A stretch of DNA of 44,829 bases. It comes from Escherichia phage vB_Eco_Lzu_P3. Position numbers and translations under genes: made by a program. The notes under the pieces are model-generated. The model saw only the letters and a program-made list of their open reading frames with translations. It was not told the DNA's origin and searched no databases. Each line of letters starts with the position of its first letter. The first letter of the stretch is position 1. Location of the stretch: the sequence record PQ295796. One strand, given 5' to 3'. This document shows positions 32,351 through 41,685 of the stretch, piece after piece.

Positions 32351-34174
32351 TTATTTCTCCGCTAACTTACTTTCTAACGCCTCAACCTTCGCCGCCAAAT
32401 GCTGAACAGTAGCGATGAGGTCAAGTAGCAGGACGTTTTCGTCTAATGCCAGAAACTCTTTACCCGTTGCGCTGGTGTACTTACGAACATACTGCGGGTC
32501 GATCTCTTCCAACTGCTGCGCGATAAAACCACGTCTGACCGTTTCCTTTTTGTCGTAGTTATAAACAAAGGAAGAGTATTCCATTGCCATAACGTTATCG
32601 AACGCAACTTGAGTGCCGATCCTGGCGATATCATGCTTCAGCGCCCTGTCGGACACAGGGGACTTTGAGAAAAGATAGTTAACAGTCCCGGAGTTGTTGC
32701 CAAAGGTAATTTCGTAGCCTTCTGGGTTAAAGGTAGTATTTCGAATGATATCGCCGTTAGGCTGTACTCCTGACGCCATATCATAGTCAAAGACCTGCGA
32801 AATCATAGCGTGAGGGTGGGACGACGCCGATTCGGGGTGAATCAACGCCCCGAACGAAATAAAGTTACGCCACCCGCCACCTGTCGTACCAGTGCCGCCG
32901 CCGACAAAACCTACGTGACCCGCGTATTGACCGCTATTCCATGTATTCGCGAGGGTGACGTAGGTATTACCCGGCGACGCCGCGGTGGACGATGGATTCA
33001 GTCCTTTGTTGAAAATGATCTTGCCATCATATTTAAAGTCCCACGACGGCGAGGTCACCGGGTTGAGGGCGTTAACGGTCGCCAAACGGGTCCAGGCGTC
33101 TACGTTATTACGGCCTTGAATCTGTAGCGACGTTCTGTATTTTTCGGCCCCAGCAACGATCACAGATGAGTCAAATCTACCGCCGTATACTTCTGTGCCA
33201 TTCGCCGGATCTGAAGCGTAATTATTGCGTAATCCCCAAAGTCCCACGTCATCAAGGCCGCGCCACACCCACCCTTTAGTCGCAGAGTCGAGAGGGTCGA
33301 CTGGATCCGCTCCTACGCGAAGCGGTCCTGACGGCATAAGGTTAGCCCACGACGCACTTTTGTCCGCAAGCCCGGCGAGGTTGCCGGATTTGGTTAGCAG
33401 ATTGTCGGGGTTTACGCTTTGCGCCCATTCTTCGGCCTGATCGCGAAATCCCTGCGCGGCAGTGCTGGCGGCTTGCGCTTCAGCCTTCGCGGCGTTGGCC
33501 TCGTCGCGAATAGCGCCGGTGTCAGTCTTGATCTGGTTAGTCTGGTCTTTGATCGCCTGCGTATCAGCCTTAATCTGGTCAGTCTGCGTTTTGATGGTAT
33601 TAGTAGCGTCGCGAATGCCTGCCGTCTCTGCCTTAATCTGATTGGTGGCGTCGCGAATGCCTGCCGTCTCAGTCTTGAAGCCTTCGGCCTCATTGCGAAA
33701 TCCTTGCGCTGCTGCTTCAGATGCCGCGGCTTGTTGTTGCAGGTTGCGCATTTCAACGGGGTCAACTTCCTTCAGCAATTGCGACAGATAGCCCCACGAC
33801 ATGCCCTGCATAACTTGCCCGTTCGGCAGCGTTACCGTGACTTCTTCTTCGTCTCCGAAGATGGCACGCCAGTTGTTTTCGTCCGCGATCAGCATACGGA
33901 GCGCTTTCTGCGCCTGGACGGTGACACCCATAGTGGCAAGTGACATGGTATCGCGCTTAACGCCATCCCACGCAAGACCTGCCGCCGTTGGGCCGTCGAA
34001 CGGCAGCACAAGCGTAAGCGCGGTGTCGCTTTCGACGGACGCTATCGCAACAGTGTAAGGCACTTGCCCTACTACCAGCGATAAGAAGTCGCCAGCTGTA
34101 AACGAGGTAAACGTCGTGCCTACCCCGACAACCGCCTTGCTGTTATTCGTTACGGATAGTGTACCCGCTGCCAT
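32351..34174 (-). CDS. Side tail fibre protein with C-terminal intramolecular chaperone (peptidase S74-like) domain
   Basis: Start at ATG 34174 with GAGGA RBS. Contains repeated …TAGIRDATNQIK…-type units. The C-terminus (…ALKHDIARIGTQVAFDNVMAMEYSSFVYNYDK…GFIAQQLEEIDPQYV…) matches the auto-cleaving chaperone domain found on phage tail fibres and endosialidases. Confidence 0.65.
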   Translation of the reverse strand: MAAGTLSVTNNSKAVVGVGTTFTSFTAGDFLSLVVGQVPYTVAIASVESDTALTLVLPFDGPTAAGLAWDGVKRDTMSLATMGVTVQAQKALRMLIADENNWRAIFGDEEEVTVTLPNGQVMQGMSWGYLSQLLKEVDPVEMRNLQQQAAASEAAAQGFRNEAEGFKTETAGIRDATNQIKAETAGIRDATNTIKTQTDQIKADTQAIKDQTNQIKTDTGAIRDEANAAKAEAQAASTAAQGFRDQAEEWAQSVNPDNLLTKSGNLAGLADKSASWANLMPSGPLRVGADPVDPLDSATKGWVWRGLDDVGLWGLRNNYASDPANGTEVYGGRFDSSVIVAGAEKYRTSLQIQGRNNVDAWTRLATVNALNPVTSPSWDFKYDGKIIFNKGLNPSSTAASPGNTYVTLANTWNSGQYAGHVGFVGGGTGTTGGGWRNFISFGALIHPESASSHPHAMISQVFDYDMASGVQPNGDIIRNTTFNPEGYEITFGNNSGTVNYLFSKSPVSDRALKHDIARIGTQVAFDNVMAMEYSSFVYNYDKKETVRRGFIAQQLEEIDPQYVRKYTSATGKEFLALDENVLLLDLIATVQHLAAKVEALESKLAEK

Positions 34175-34191
34175 AGCTGAATCCTCATAAA

Positions 34192-34224
34192 TTGGTTGCA
34201 ATCCTGGTCGAGCGGTGTAATACT
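34192..34224 (+). promoter_or_regulatory. Promoter TTGCAA-N17-(TGt)AATACT, with TTGGTTGCA at the -35
   Basis: Upstream of the lipoprotein gene; divergent from the tail fibre gene start. Confidence 0.4.
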
Positions 34225-34254
34225 AAAACTCAACCAAATATAGGAAATGATACC

Positions 34255-34479
34255 ATGAAAACTTTAATTATGATTTGTGCGGTTATGTTGTCCGGCTGTG
34301 CTGTAGAACGCAACAACGGCGATTGCATTACTATGGCTTACGGTAGCTGCATGCTGCGCTACGTTGACGGGCAAAAAGTGCCCTCCGGGGATGTGGACTT
34401 GCGATTCACTGGGCTGTCTGCCGATAGTGACGGCAATTTTTCCGGCACTGTTTCAGTTAAATCACGGGAGTGGAAGTAA
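34255..34479 (+). CDS. Small lipoprotein, candidate Cor/Llp-like superinfection-exclusion protein
   Basis: Signal peptide with lipobox (MKTLIMICAVMLSGC). About 74 aa. Transcribed divergently from the tail fibre gene, from a promoter at 34196..34224. Confidence 0.45.
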   Translation: MKTLIMICAVMLSGCAVERNNGDCITMAYGSCMLRYVDGQKVPSGDVDLRFTGLSADSDGNFSGTVSVKSREWK

Positions 34480-35444
34480 TGGGCGCTGGGATACTTATCG
34501 ACTACAACGACGGAAGGCCGCGCATGGAGATAACCGCAGGACTTCGCGCGCCGTCATTCTGTACCTCATTCTATCAGCGCTGCCAGTCTGATAAGACGCT
34601 TACTATTAACACTCAGCTAACGCCAGGGTCAGATCTGGTCGTCGCGCTCACAAGCCCCGTTGAAGTTATAGAAGTATTCGACCAGACACTGGTCTTGCCC
34701 GACCCTTTCTACGTCACCTCAGTACAACGTAATGGGGATGGCGGAATCACCTTGCGAGGTGAAGACGCATATGGCGCATATAGCGGGCTTCCAACATGGG
34801 GCGGGGTGATCATGGAAGTGTTGCCGGTGGGTTCGAGCAACGCAGGGTTACTGGTGGCGAACTCGACGGACTTCACCGCCATATCAAATGTATCCAGGCT
34901 AATGACCTGCCAATATGCGCAGCGCGTGTGGGTGAACGGAAGTATGCCGTTACCTGTAGGCGGTGTCCCATTCGCGCGCTGGGACGACGGAAACGTGTCG
35001 GTCGGCTTCGATGGCGGAAGTATTATCGTCCGTAATGCGTCCTATGGTGGGATTGACGACGTAGGCGCTGCCGTTGAAATGGACCTGGTTATATTCAACA
35101 ATACGCCACCCACCCCTGGAAACGGCATCACCATGACAAACAACCAGGGTCAGGTCACGTTCTCAACAGTGAATAAGCCATTTGTTTATGACCGCCTTAT
35201 CTATATCGGCGGCGGCGATCAGTACATAGGCAATAGCCTGGTCCAGCTTTCGTATACCGGCGCGCTCATTGAGAACAACGGCGGCTACAATCACGTTCGA
35301 ATGAACGGGATTCGAATGGCGGGCGGTAATGTGCGCATCGCCAAAAACCGGGTAATCGGCAACTATTCACGGCAGCAATTCCAAATGCCGGGTAAAAATA
35401 TTGCAGTACCCACCCCGTTACTCGTAATTCCTAACATCTATTAA
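34479..35444 (+). CDS. Hypothetical Gly/Asn/Val-rich protein, predicted beta-helix-like
   Basis: ATG overlaps the lipoprotein stop (TAATG), with a GGGAG RBS. Repetitive …NGGYNHVRMNGIRMAGGNVRIAKNRVIGN… segments suggest a parallel beta-helix. Confidence 0.4.
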   Translation: MGAGILIDYNDGRPRMEITAGLRAPSFCTSFYQRCQSDKTLTINTQLTPGSDLVVALTSPVEVIEVFDQTLVLPDPFYVTSVQRNGDGGITLRGEDAYGAYSGLPTWGGVIMEVLPVGSSNAGLLVANSTDFTAISNVSRLMTCQYAQRVWVNGSMPLPVGGVPFARWDDGNVSVGFDGGSIIVRNASYGGIDDVGAAVEMDLVIFNNTPPTPGNGITMTNNQGQVTFSTVNKPFVYDRLIYIGGGDQYIGNSLVQLSYTGALIENNGGYNHVRMNGIRMAGGNVRIAKNRVIGNYSRQQFQMPGKNIAVPTPLLVIPNIY

Positions 35445-35470
35445 AAAGGGGCCGGATGGCCCCTTCTCCT
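35443..35470. terminator. Bidirectional terminator between the beta-helix gene and the J-like gene
   Basis: GGGGCC-ggat-GGCCCC with an A-tract upstream and T-rich sequence downstream. Confidence 0.55.
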
Positions 35471-38400
35471 TTACCACGTCCCCACTTTCACCCTACCCCC
35501 GCCAGGTAATGGCACGTTAATGCCGGTGGCGTCGATCTGTACCGACCCTCCAGAGAATCCGAAGTTACCAGTAGTAGCGAACAAGTTGCCTCGTACCGTT
35601 ACGTTGTTGAACTCCGCCCCGCCATCCTTCGCGATACGCCAGCCACTGTTGCCTGGATTCCAGTTATTCGACTGCAGCGTGTCCGTGATCTGCGCGAAGT
35701 TGATAGACGCGTTCTTAATGCGTGCGGTGTCAATGTACACCTGACCGCCGTCAACGATAAACGCGGACGAAAGCGACCCATTAGATGGGTGCATGATGTA
35801 GAACTGGTCCGCCTTGAACGCGATGCGGGATTTAACCTCGCCACCTTCCGCAACAACTGAAAGCTGCATACCGGCATCGTAGTAAGCCCCGTTATACGTC
35901 ACGCCAGCCTTAAGGCTATATGTGGCGCTGCCACCAGCATGGTTAAACGAAGACGTCATCTTCTGCTCGATAGCTGCAGACTGCTGACCGAACTGTGCCG
36001 CGACCTGGGTCTTGTACTCCGCCAGTGCGCCAGCTACGTCTGCCGTTGCCGTTTGTACCTGCTGGATGGCGGCTTCCTGTTCCCCAAACTTAGCGGCAAC
36101 AGTTTGTTGGTACTGGGCGAACGCTTGTTCGTGCGTGCTTTGCGCTGTCTGCAACGTGTGGATTGATGCCTCCGCATCATCAAGTCGTGTGCCGATCAAC
36201 GTTTCCAGTTGCGCTACTGCCTTGTGGGCGTCCGTGGCAACGTTATACGCCACCTTGATTTCCGCATAAATCCCTTGATACTCGGAGCGGGCGTTAATCA
36301 ATTGCTGTGCGTCCGTTAGCATAGACTCATAAATGCCTTGAGGAATGGTGTCGATTGCTTCCTGGAAGTGTTTACCGTCTTCGGAAGTCAAGAACTCGTC
36401 ATCAAGCCCCTTCATGTACTCGTCAACTTTGTCACTCACCTGCCCTTCAAACGGGGCCGACCAGTCCGACAGGTTGCCGATTTTATCCGCTACACGGGCG
36501 CGCAACTGCTGGTAAATTCCGAACTCCAGCGACGTTTGCGCATACTCCGCTCCGGGGTATGGGACGTTTGTTAAGAACTTCCATTCCGTTTCGCCCGTCT
36601 TGCGGACTTCAAGCTCGGTGTAAGAAATATCCGTCGCGGCGTTGTTGTGGTTCCACTTCCATAGAATTTGATGCAGACCCGAAATCGCGTTGGTGATGAT
36701 TGGTGCGTTAAGCCCACCGAGGCGACCTTCCACCGGCGTGATCGCGGAAGACACCCACGGGGACGAGATTTCGCCCATGCCAATTGCGCGGACGCGTGCC
36801 TGATAGTTACCGGAGAACACGTTAGGGATGTGCGCCCCATTCGACGCCGTGCGCGGGATATTCACCCAGTCGTTACCCCACTGGATCGCCATATTCTGCA
36901 GGCTAGTACGCCTCCACTGGATTTCATACACCACGGCATCTTTCACCGGCGGGAAAACAATATCCACGTTGGTGATTAGCTGGCCTTGCGATGAGATCTG
37001 CGACGGGGTGATGGTAACGGATTCCGGCCCCTTCATCACACCGTCCGGCACTTGCGTAAAGATGCCTGGGTCTAGTCGTGCGCCATTATCAACGGCATCA
37101 TATTTGCTATCGTTGTATTCAATCCCGCGCACCGAGAAAGTGCTCGTAGAGTCGTCATACTCCAGATCGGTGATGCGGAATTTTTGCAACTGGATATCAT
37201 CGCCATCAACGCAAAACGGTTGGTCTGGAATCGGGTCGGCATCCAGTGCGGTTTTTAGCGTGACCTTGTTGCCGTTGACGCTGGCGATCTCGCGAGTCTC
37301 CACATTTCCGCTATCGGTGCGCACCAGGAACTTATCACCAGGGCGGAATGTGATTTCGCTGTCTGTGTTAAGCACGGTACGCGTGCCAGGGTCTGACAAC
37401 AGGCGACCGCCGCGAGTCTCGAATCCGCCAGAAATATTAGTATCCGCGATCGCGACTACGCTACCAGGAATAAAGAATAGCCCCTCCATGCCAACCTTAA
37501 AGCTGACCTGCTGGTCCAACTGGTTGGAGATTAGCGCCCAGTGTCCGCGGCGTTGCGCTTCAGATTCGCGCGTACAGCCGATCGCCGTTATATCAAGACG
37601 GTTAATCTTATGGCGGCGCACCAGTTCGACGCGCTGGCCCGTTGCGATAGCGTCATCATAGTGGTTTTTCGGGTTGCCGTATGCTACCGCGAAAGTGGAG
37701 TACCGCGTTTTCTGGCTGCCAGATGCGTAGTCGAATCGACCATCAATAACCGAGGCGTTGGTGATAGTGTGCGACACTGCTGCGACCGGTTGGTCACTGA
37801 CGATATTCAACATTTGGTTTCCCCACCAGGTCATCCCGGCGAAGATGGCAGCTAAATCCTTAAGCACGGTCCAGGCGTCTGTCTGCGACTGGATGTACAT
37901 ATCATTCTTAAATCTGATTTCCCGTCCGCCGTTGCCGTCGCTGACCAACTGATCGCAGCGCTGCGCGATCTGGTAGAGCGCGTACCGGTTCAGCATTTGC
38001 GGTTTGATCCGGCGACCGAGGCCGAAGCGCTCAGTAATACAAATATCGTACCAGTGCCACGCAGGGTTATCCGTCCATGCGCGTTTGAACGTGCCGTCCC
38101 AGTCCCCCGAATAGGTATGATTAATCGGGTCGTAGTTGTTAGGTATTAGAACTTTGCGACCTTTGCACTTAATGGACACGCGCGGGATGTTCTGGAACGC
38201 TTTAGCGTCGAACTCCACGAACAACAGCGCGGTTAGCGGGTAGCGAAGACGGGCGTCTATAATCTCAGTAATAGATTGCACCTGGATATCGTTAACCACT
38301 TTTGCCGATGTGGAGTCTGCCGTTATGCGGTGCACCTCCACGCGCCAGCCGGTGTTAACGTTCGGCGGTAGCTCGATGCGGTGATCGCGCTCGTATAGCG

Positions 38401-38917
38401 ACATTGTTTTACCAACGGCAGCGAAGGTAAACTCACGCGGGTCGGCGTTATCCGTATACACAACGATCTTATAGTCTATGCGCCCGCCCACCAGGTCGCC
38501 ATTATCTTCGTTTGTGTACAGGGCCGGAATGCCGATGCGAATGCGCACGGCGTCCAAACTGGTGTCGTTAATCTGGCGCACCCACGGCGTGCCGTTTTCC
38601 AGTTTTACGCCGACAGATTGCTCACTTTCCACCGCTGAAAATCCGTGGATCACATCCTGGTGCTGTGTTCCGGGGCGGAACTCCACACGCGCGCCGGGGA
38701 AGTTTTCAGACAGGTCTGCATTCTGGATCGGTGTTCCGTCCAGATATACGCGCCGCCGTAATTCGTTAGGGTCTGGAATACCTTCGAACTCACCTTCTCC
38801 CAGCGCAAGCAAGATGCGGATTTTAGCCAGCGAATGCAGGCTATCGGGTGTCTCCTGTGGGGTGTGCTGTTTGCCACCGCCGCCTTTATGGCCTGTGACG
38901 TCATAGACAATCGTCAT
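35471..38917 (-). CDS. Central tail fibre / host specificity protein (lambda gpJ-like)
   Basis: 1148 aa, immediately downstream of the I-like gene with an ATGA overlap. Size and position are those of J-like tail-tip proteins. Confidence 0.8.
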   Translation of the reverse strand: MTIVYDVTGHKGGGGKQHTPQETPDSLHSLAKIRILLALGEGEFEGIPDPNELRRRVYLDGTPIQNADLSENFPGARVEFRPGTQHQDVIHGFSAVESEQSVGVKLENGTPWVRQINDTSLDAVRIRIGIPALYTNEDNGDLVGGRIDYKIVVYTDNADPREFTFAAVGKTMSLYERDHRIELPPNVNTGWRVEVHRITADSTSAKVVNDIQVQSITEIIDARLRYPLTALLFVEFDAKAFQNIPRVSIKCKGRKVLIPNNYDPINHTYSGDWDGTFKRAWTDNPAWHWYDICITERFGLGRRIKPQMLNRYALYQIAQRCDQLVSDGNGGREIRFKNDMYIQSQTDAWTVLKDLAAIFAGMTWWGNQMLNIVSDQPVAAVSHTITNASVIDGRFDYASGSQKTRYSTFAVAYGNPKNHYDDAIATGQRVELVRRHKINRLDITAIGCTRESEAQRRGHWALISNQLDQQVSFKVGMEGLFFIPGSVVAIADTNISGGFETRGGRLLSDPGTRTVLNTDSEITFRPGDKFLVRTDSGNVETREIASVNGNKVTLKTALDADPIPDQPFCVDGDDIQLQKFRITDLEYDDSTSTFSVRGIEYNDSKYDAVDNGARLDPGIFTQVPDGVMKGPESVTITPSQISSQGQLITNVDIVFPPVKDAVVYEIQWRRTSLQNMAIQWGNDWVNIPRTASNGAHIPNVFSGNYQARVRAIGMGEISSPWVSSAITPVEGRLGGLNAPIITNAISGLHQILWKWNHNNAATDISYTELEVRKTGETEWKFLTNVPYPGAEYAQTSLEFGIYQQLRARVADKIGNLSDWSAPFEGQVSDKVDEYMKGLDDEFLTSEDGKHFQEAIDTIPQGIYESMLTDAQQLINARSEYQGIYAEIKVAYNVATDAHKAVAQLETLIGTRLDDAEASIHTLQTAQSTHEQAFAQYQQTVAAKFGEQEAAIQQVQTATADVAGALAEYKTQVAAQFGQQSAAIEQKMTSSFNHAGGSATYSLKAGVTYNGAYYDAGMQLSVVAEGGEVKSRIAFKADQFYIMHPSNGSLSSAFIVDGGQVYIDTARIKNASINFAQITDTLQSNNWNPGNSGWRIAKDGGAEFNNVTVRGNLFATTGNFGFSGGSVQIDATGINVPLPGGGRVKVGTW

Positions 38918-39531
38918 TCGTTCAAGTCCTCGGTTACGATTCCGGCTGAAATAATAGCGCCGCCGATCTCACGCTCGCCCCATAATACACCAAGTGCCGT
39001 ACCTTGTGCGGTCGTGTTTACCGGTCCGCCGAACGCATACGACGCTTTGTTATCCACGTCCTGCCGTGTCTGCAATCCTTTCGGCTGTGGCGACAGCAAT
39101 TGCATAGCACCGCCCAGCGCAAGCGACATGCCGAACGAAAACGTAGCCGTTCCGATAGCGGCAGCGGTTGCAGCCGAAGCCCCGAAAGCGGCAGTAGCAA
39201 GTCCGCCCGTATAGAACGACGCCACTACAATCGCGACACCTGCCAGCAATTGGCCCAGCCCCCTTTTTGCACCGGTTATAACCGGCGCGATGGTAATGAC
39301 GCGGTTGCCGTGGAACTCGCCTAGCTCATCATAGCCGGTCATTGTGTGGTTGCCTTTGCGCACCTTGAACATCATATTGTCCAGGTGGGCCGACATTAAA
39401 AAGTCTTGTAACCCTGGCAACTTCACGCACAGGCCGGTGATGCCTTCGCCCGGTGTGAAGCAGTCCAGCTTATGCACTTTACCAAAACGACGCCCTAAGA
39501 CGCCGTACAATTTAAACGTGGTCATTGCCAT
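38914..39531 (-). CDS. Tail assembly protein (lambda gpI-like)
   Basis: 205 aa with a Gly/Ala-rich hydrophobic C-terminal half. Lies between the K-like and J-like genes. Confidence 0.65.
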   Translation of the reverse strand: MAMTTFKLYGVLGRRFGKVHKLDCFTPGEGITGLCVKLPGLQDFLMSAHLDNMMFKVRKGNHTMTGYDELGEFHGNRVITIAPVITGAKRGLGQLLAGVAIVVASFYTGGLATAAFGASAATAAAIGTATFSFGMSLALGGAMQLLSPQPKGLQTRQDVDNKASYAFGGPVNTTAQGTALGVLWGEREIGGAIISAGIVTEDLNE

Positions 39532-40262
39532 TCTGTGATATCCCCCGGTAGGTCTTTATGACGTACCCATTTAACCACATTGTCGCGGAAAAATCCTGAC
39601 CGGAAGGGTATCACGCTCGACAGACTGCCGTAGATATGGTGAAGTAGTTGGTTGCCCGGAAGGAATATCCCGGCATGGTTAGGTACTGGCGCGCTGATTT
39701 GCATAATTACCATTGCCCCCGGCGTATTTTCCTCACACTCCCTGAAGCCCGCTCCGTACCAATTATCCATATACAGATTCTCGCCTGTCTCCCACCAGTT
39801 ATACGGCACGCGGAAGTCATGCAGGTTTACACCCTGCTTTTTGTGCCAGTCCATGACGAGGCCGTAACAATCCGTAATTCCGAGAACAAATCGACGCCCC
39901 ACCAGCGGAGGATCTTCAGGGTCGATCTCGATAAAGTCGCCATATTCGTTAGTGATGGCCCAGACTACGCCGCTGCCGTTGCATCCGTTAACGTCGCCCA
40001 GTGATGGGGTAAGCTCTCGCTGGCCTGGATGCGAGTGGACTACGCGCACGACGTCGCCCATATCCTCCGCATCCATCCAGGCCATATCACTAATCGTGAA
40101 CGCGTCTTTGCGTGAGCGCACGCCGGTAGGGTCTTCGAATACGTTCGGGCACGGGACAAATACTTGTTTGCGGCCCACCATGACGACCAGCCCACAGGCT
40201 TCTTCCGGCAGACATGCCGCAACGTGCGCGGCGATATCGCTTTTAACCTTTTTCGTTAACAT
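39522..40262 (-). CDS. Tail assembly protein (lambda gpK-like; MPN/JAMM plus NlpC/P60)
   Basis: JAMM-like motif VVRVVHSHPGQ at the N-terminus and a Cys/His peptidase-like C-terminal half. Confidence 0.75.
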   Translation of the reverse strand: MLTKKVKSDIAAHVAACLPEEACGLVVMVGRKQVFVPCPNVFEDPTGVRSRKDAFTISDMAWMDAEDMGDVVRVVHSHPGQRELTPSLGDVNGCNGSGVVWAITNEYGDFIEIDPEDPPLVGRRFVLGITDCYGLVMDWHKKQGVNLHDFRVPYNWWETGENLYMDNWYGAGFRECEENTPGAMVIMQISAPVPNHAGIFLPGNQLLHHIYGSLSSVIPFRSGFFRDNVVKWVRHKDLPGDITEWQ

Positions 40263-40264
40263 GG

Positions 40265-41053
40265 CTACCCCTTAATCAATTTGGACCCTGGAAAACCACC
40301 GAAGTCCAGCACCGCAGCTTTCGGGTCAGCAAGCCCCTGGCCAAAACGAAGATAACAATCTGACAAACAGCCACCGCATCTGTCCATATTCATTGCGATG
40401 ACTTCGTTTCCGCGTTCGTCGTAATACTTGATGCCTGGCTGCGCAAGGTTCCAAGTGCAACCGTCCCCGCTGGCGTACTTCCCGTTGAGCGCCCATTCGC
40501 ACATGTTCATGATTTGGCGACGTGGAACGACCTGCCCTTCCATATCCGCAGGTGAGGATAGTGCGAAGGTGATTTGCTTGCCCGGATTGCGCCCGACCTG
40601 CGAGTCGATGTAATACTCCTGAACTCGTTTCTGCGTCGGGTCTGGGTCTGTCCCGTTGTCCAGGAACTTCGCGAACGTATCAATGATCTCAACCTTCGCC
40701 CCCAGTAGCTGGTCGTGGTTCAGCGACAGCCTGGTGATTATGCCGCCAATATCGACAATGGTCAGCTGCGGTTCCGCTGCCGTTGACGTGGAGAAGTTGA
40801 GGCCGGACAAATCAAAGGGCCAAAATTCGAACTCCTGCCCGCCGAAGAAGATGGATTTAGGCTTCAGCTTGTCCTCGTCACCCCCAGCGGCAGCAATATC
40901 CTCGGCAGTGTGCGGGATAAAGCAGTAATGAAAATAGTGATGGCCCGCTCCGATCGCGCCGTCGCCTGGTTCCACGTCCTGCGCGTCGATATGAATCAGG
41001 CGAACGCGGCCCGATGGGTCGAAGCGCGTCGCCTCGCGATATAATTTATTCAT
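40265..41053 (-). CDS. Minor tail protein (lambda gpL-like)
   Basis: 262 aa in the position of gpL, with a C-terminal Cys cluster (CGGCLSDC). Confidence 0.7.
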   Translation of the reverse strand: MNKLYREATRFDPSGRVRLIHIDAQDVEPGDGAIGAGHHYFHYCFIPHTAEDIAAAGGDEDKLKPKSIFFGGQEFEFWPFDLSGLNFSTSTAAEPQLTIVDIGGIITRLSLNHDQLLGAKVEIIDTFAKFLDNGTDPDPTQKRVQEYYIDSQVGRNPGKQITFALSSPADMEGQVVPRRQIMNMCEWALNGKYASGDGCTWNLAQPGIKYYDERGNEVIAMNMDRCGGCLSDCYLRFGQGLADPKAAVLDFGGFPGSKLIKG

Positions 41054-41649
41054 CTTACAAATCCGATAGCAGTCTTAAGGGTGGCGGATACCGTTGCCGT
41101 GTAGTGTCCGTTGTCAGTGTACGACAAGCTCGAACGCTCGACCACGAATAAACCCGTTTCGCCATCCGGCGCGGTGACGGCAAACGGTTTGACGAAGTGA
41201 CCGCGAAGGAAGTTGTATACCAGCTTAGGGTCGCACCATTTGTCAGTAGTCAGCCCGACGAATTGCACGGGGAACTGTTTCGTTTCGGCGTTCGGACCGT
41301 CCGCGATGTTCTGTCCGTAGCCATTACCGAATTGCAATTCCTCCGACCGGAAGGCTAACTGCACGTCGCCGCCGCCCTGCAATTGCATGTGCCAGTAATA
41401 TGGCCATTCGTTTGACCGCGGGTCGTGTGCTTCGATTAGCTCATATACCGCACCGGATTTCGTTGGACCGGCCCAGTTATCTGCCAGGGTGATGACGGTG
41501 TTAGAGTTGAATGCCGCAATTTTGCCGGTGTAGTCGTTGCCGTCGATGCTGGCGAATACGCGGACCTTACCGACCTCGCTCAAGAACGCCGTCCCAGCGC
41601 CCGTGACGGTCTTACTTCCGTTCGTTAGTGTGATTGTGCCTTGTGCCAT
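41050..41649 (-). CDS. Minor tail protein (lambda gpM-like)
   Basis: 199-aa ORF directly downstream of the tape-measure gene. Confidence 0.65.
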   Translation of the reverse strand: MAQGTITLTNGSKTVTGAGTAFLSEVGKVRVFASIDGNDYTGKIAAFNSNTVITLADNWAGPTKSGAVYELIEAHDPRSNEWPYYWHMQLQGGGDVQLAFRSEELQFGNGYGQNIADGPNAETKQFPVQFVGLTTDKWCDPKLVYNFLRGHFVKPFAVTAPDGETGLFVVERSSLSYTDNGHYTATVSATLKTAIGFVR

Positions 41650-41685
41650 AGAAAAGCCCCCACGATGGATGTGGGGGCCATTTTA

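Noticed and set aside
36828-37661. 277-aa plus-strand ORF
   Set aside because: Antisense to the J-like tail fibre gene; Ser/Arg-rich antisense composition.
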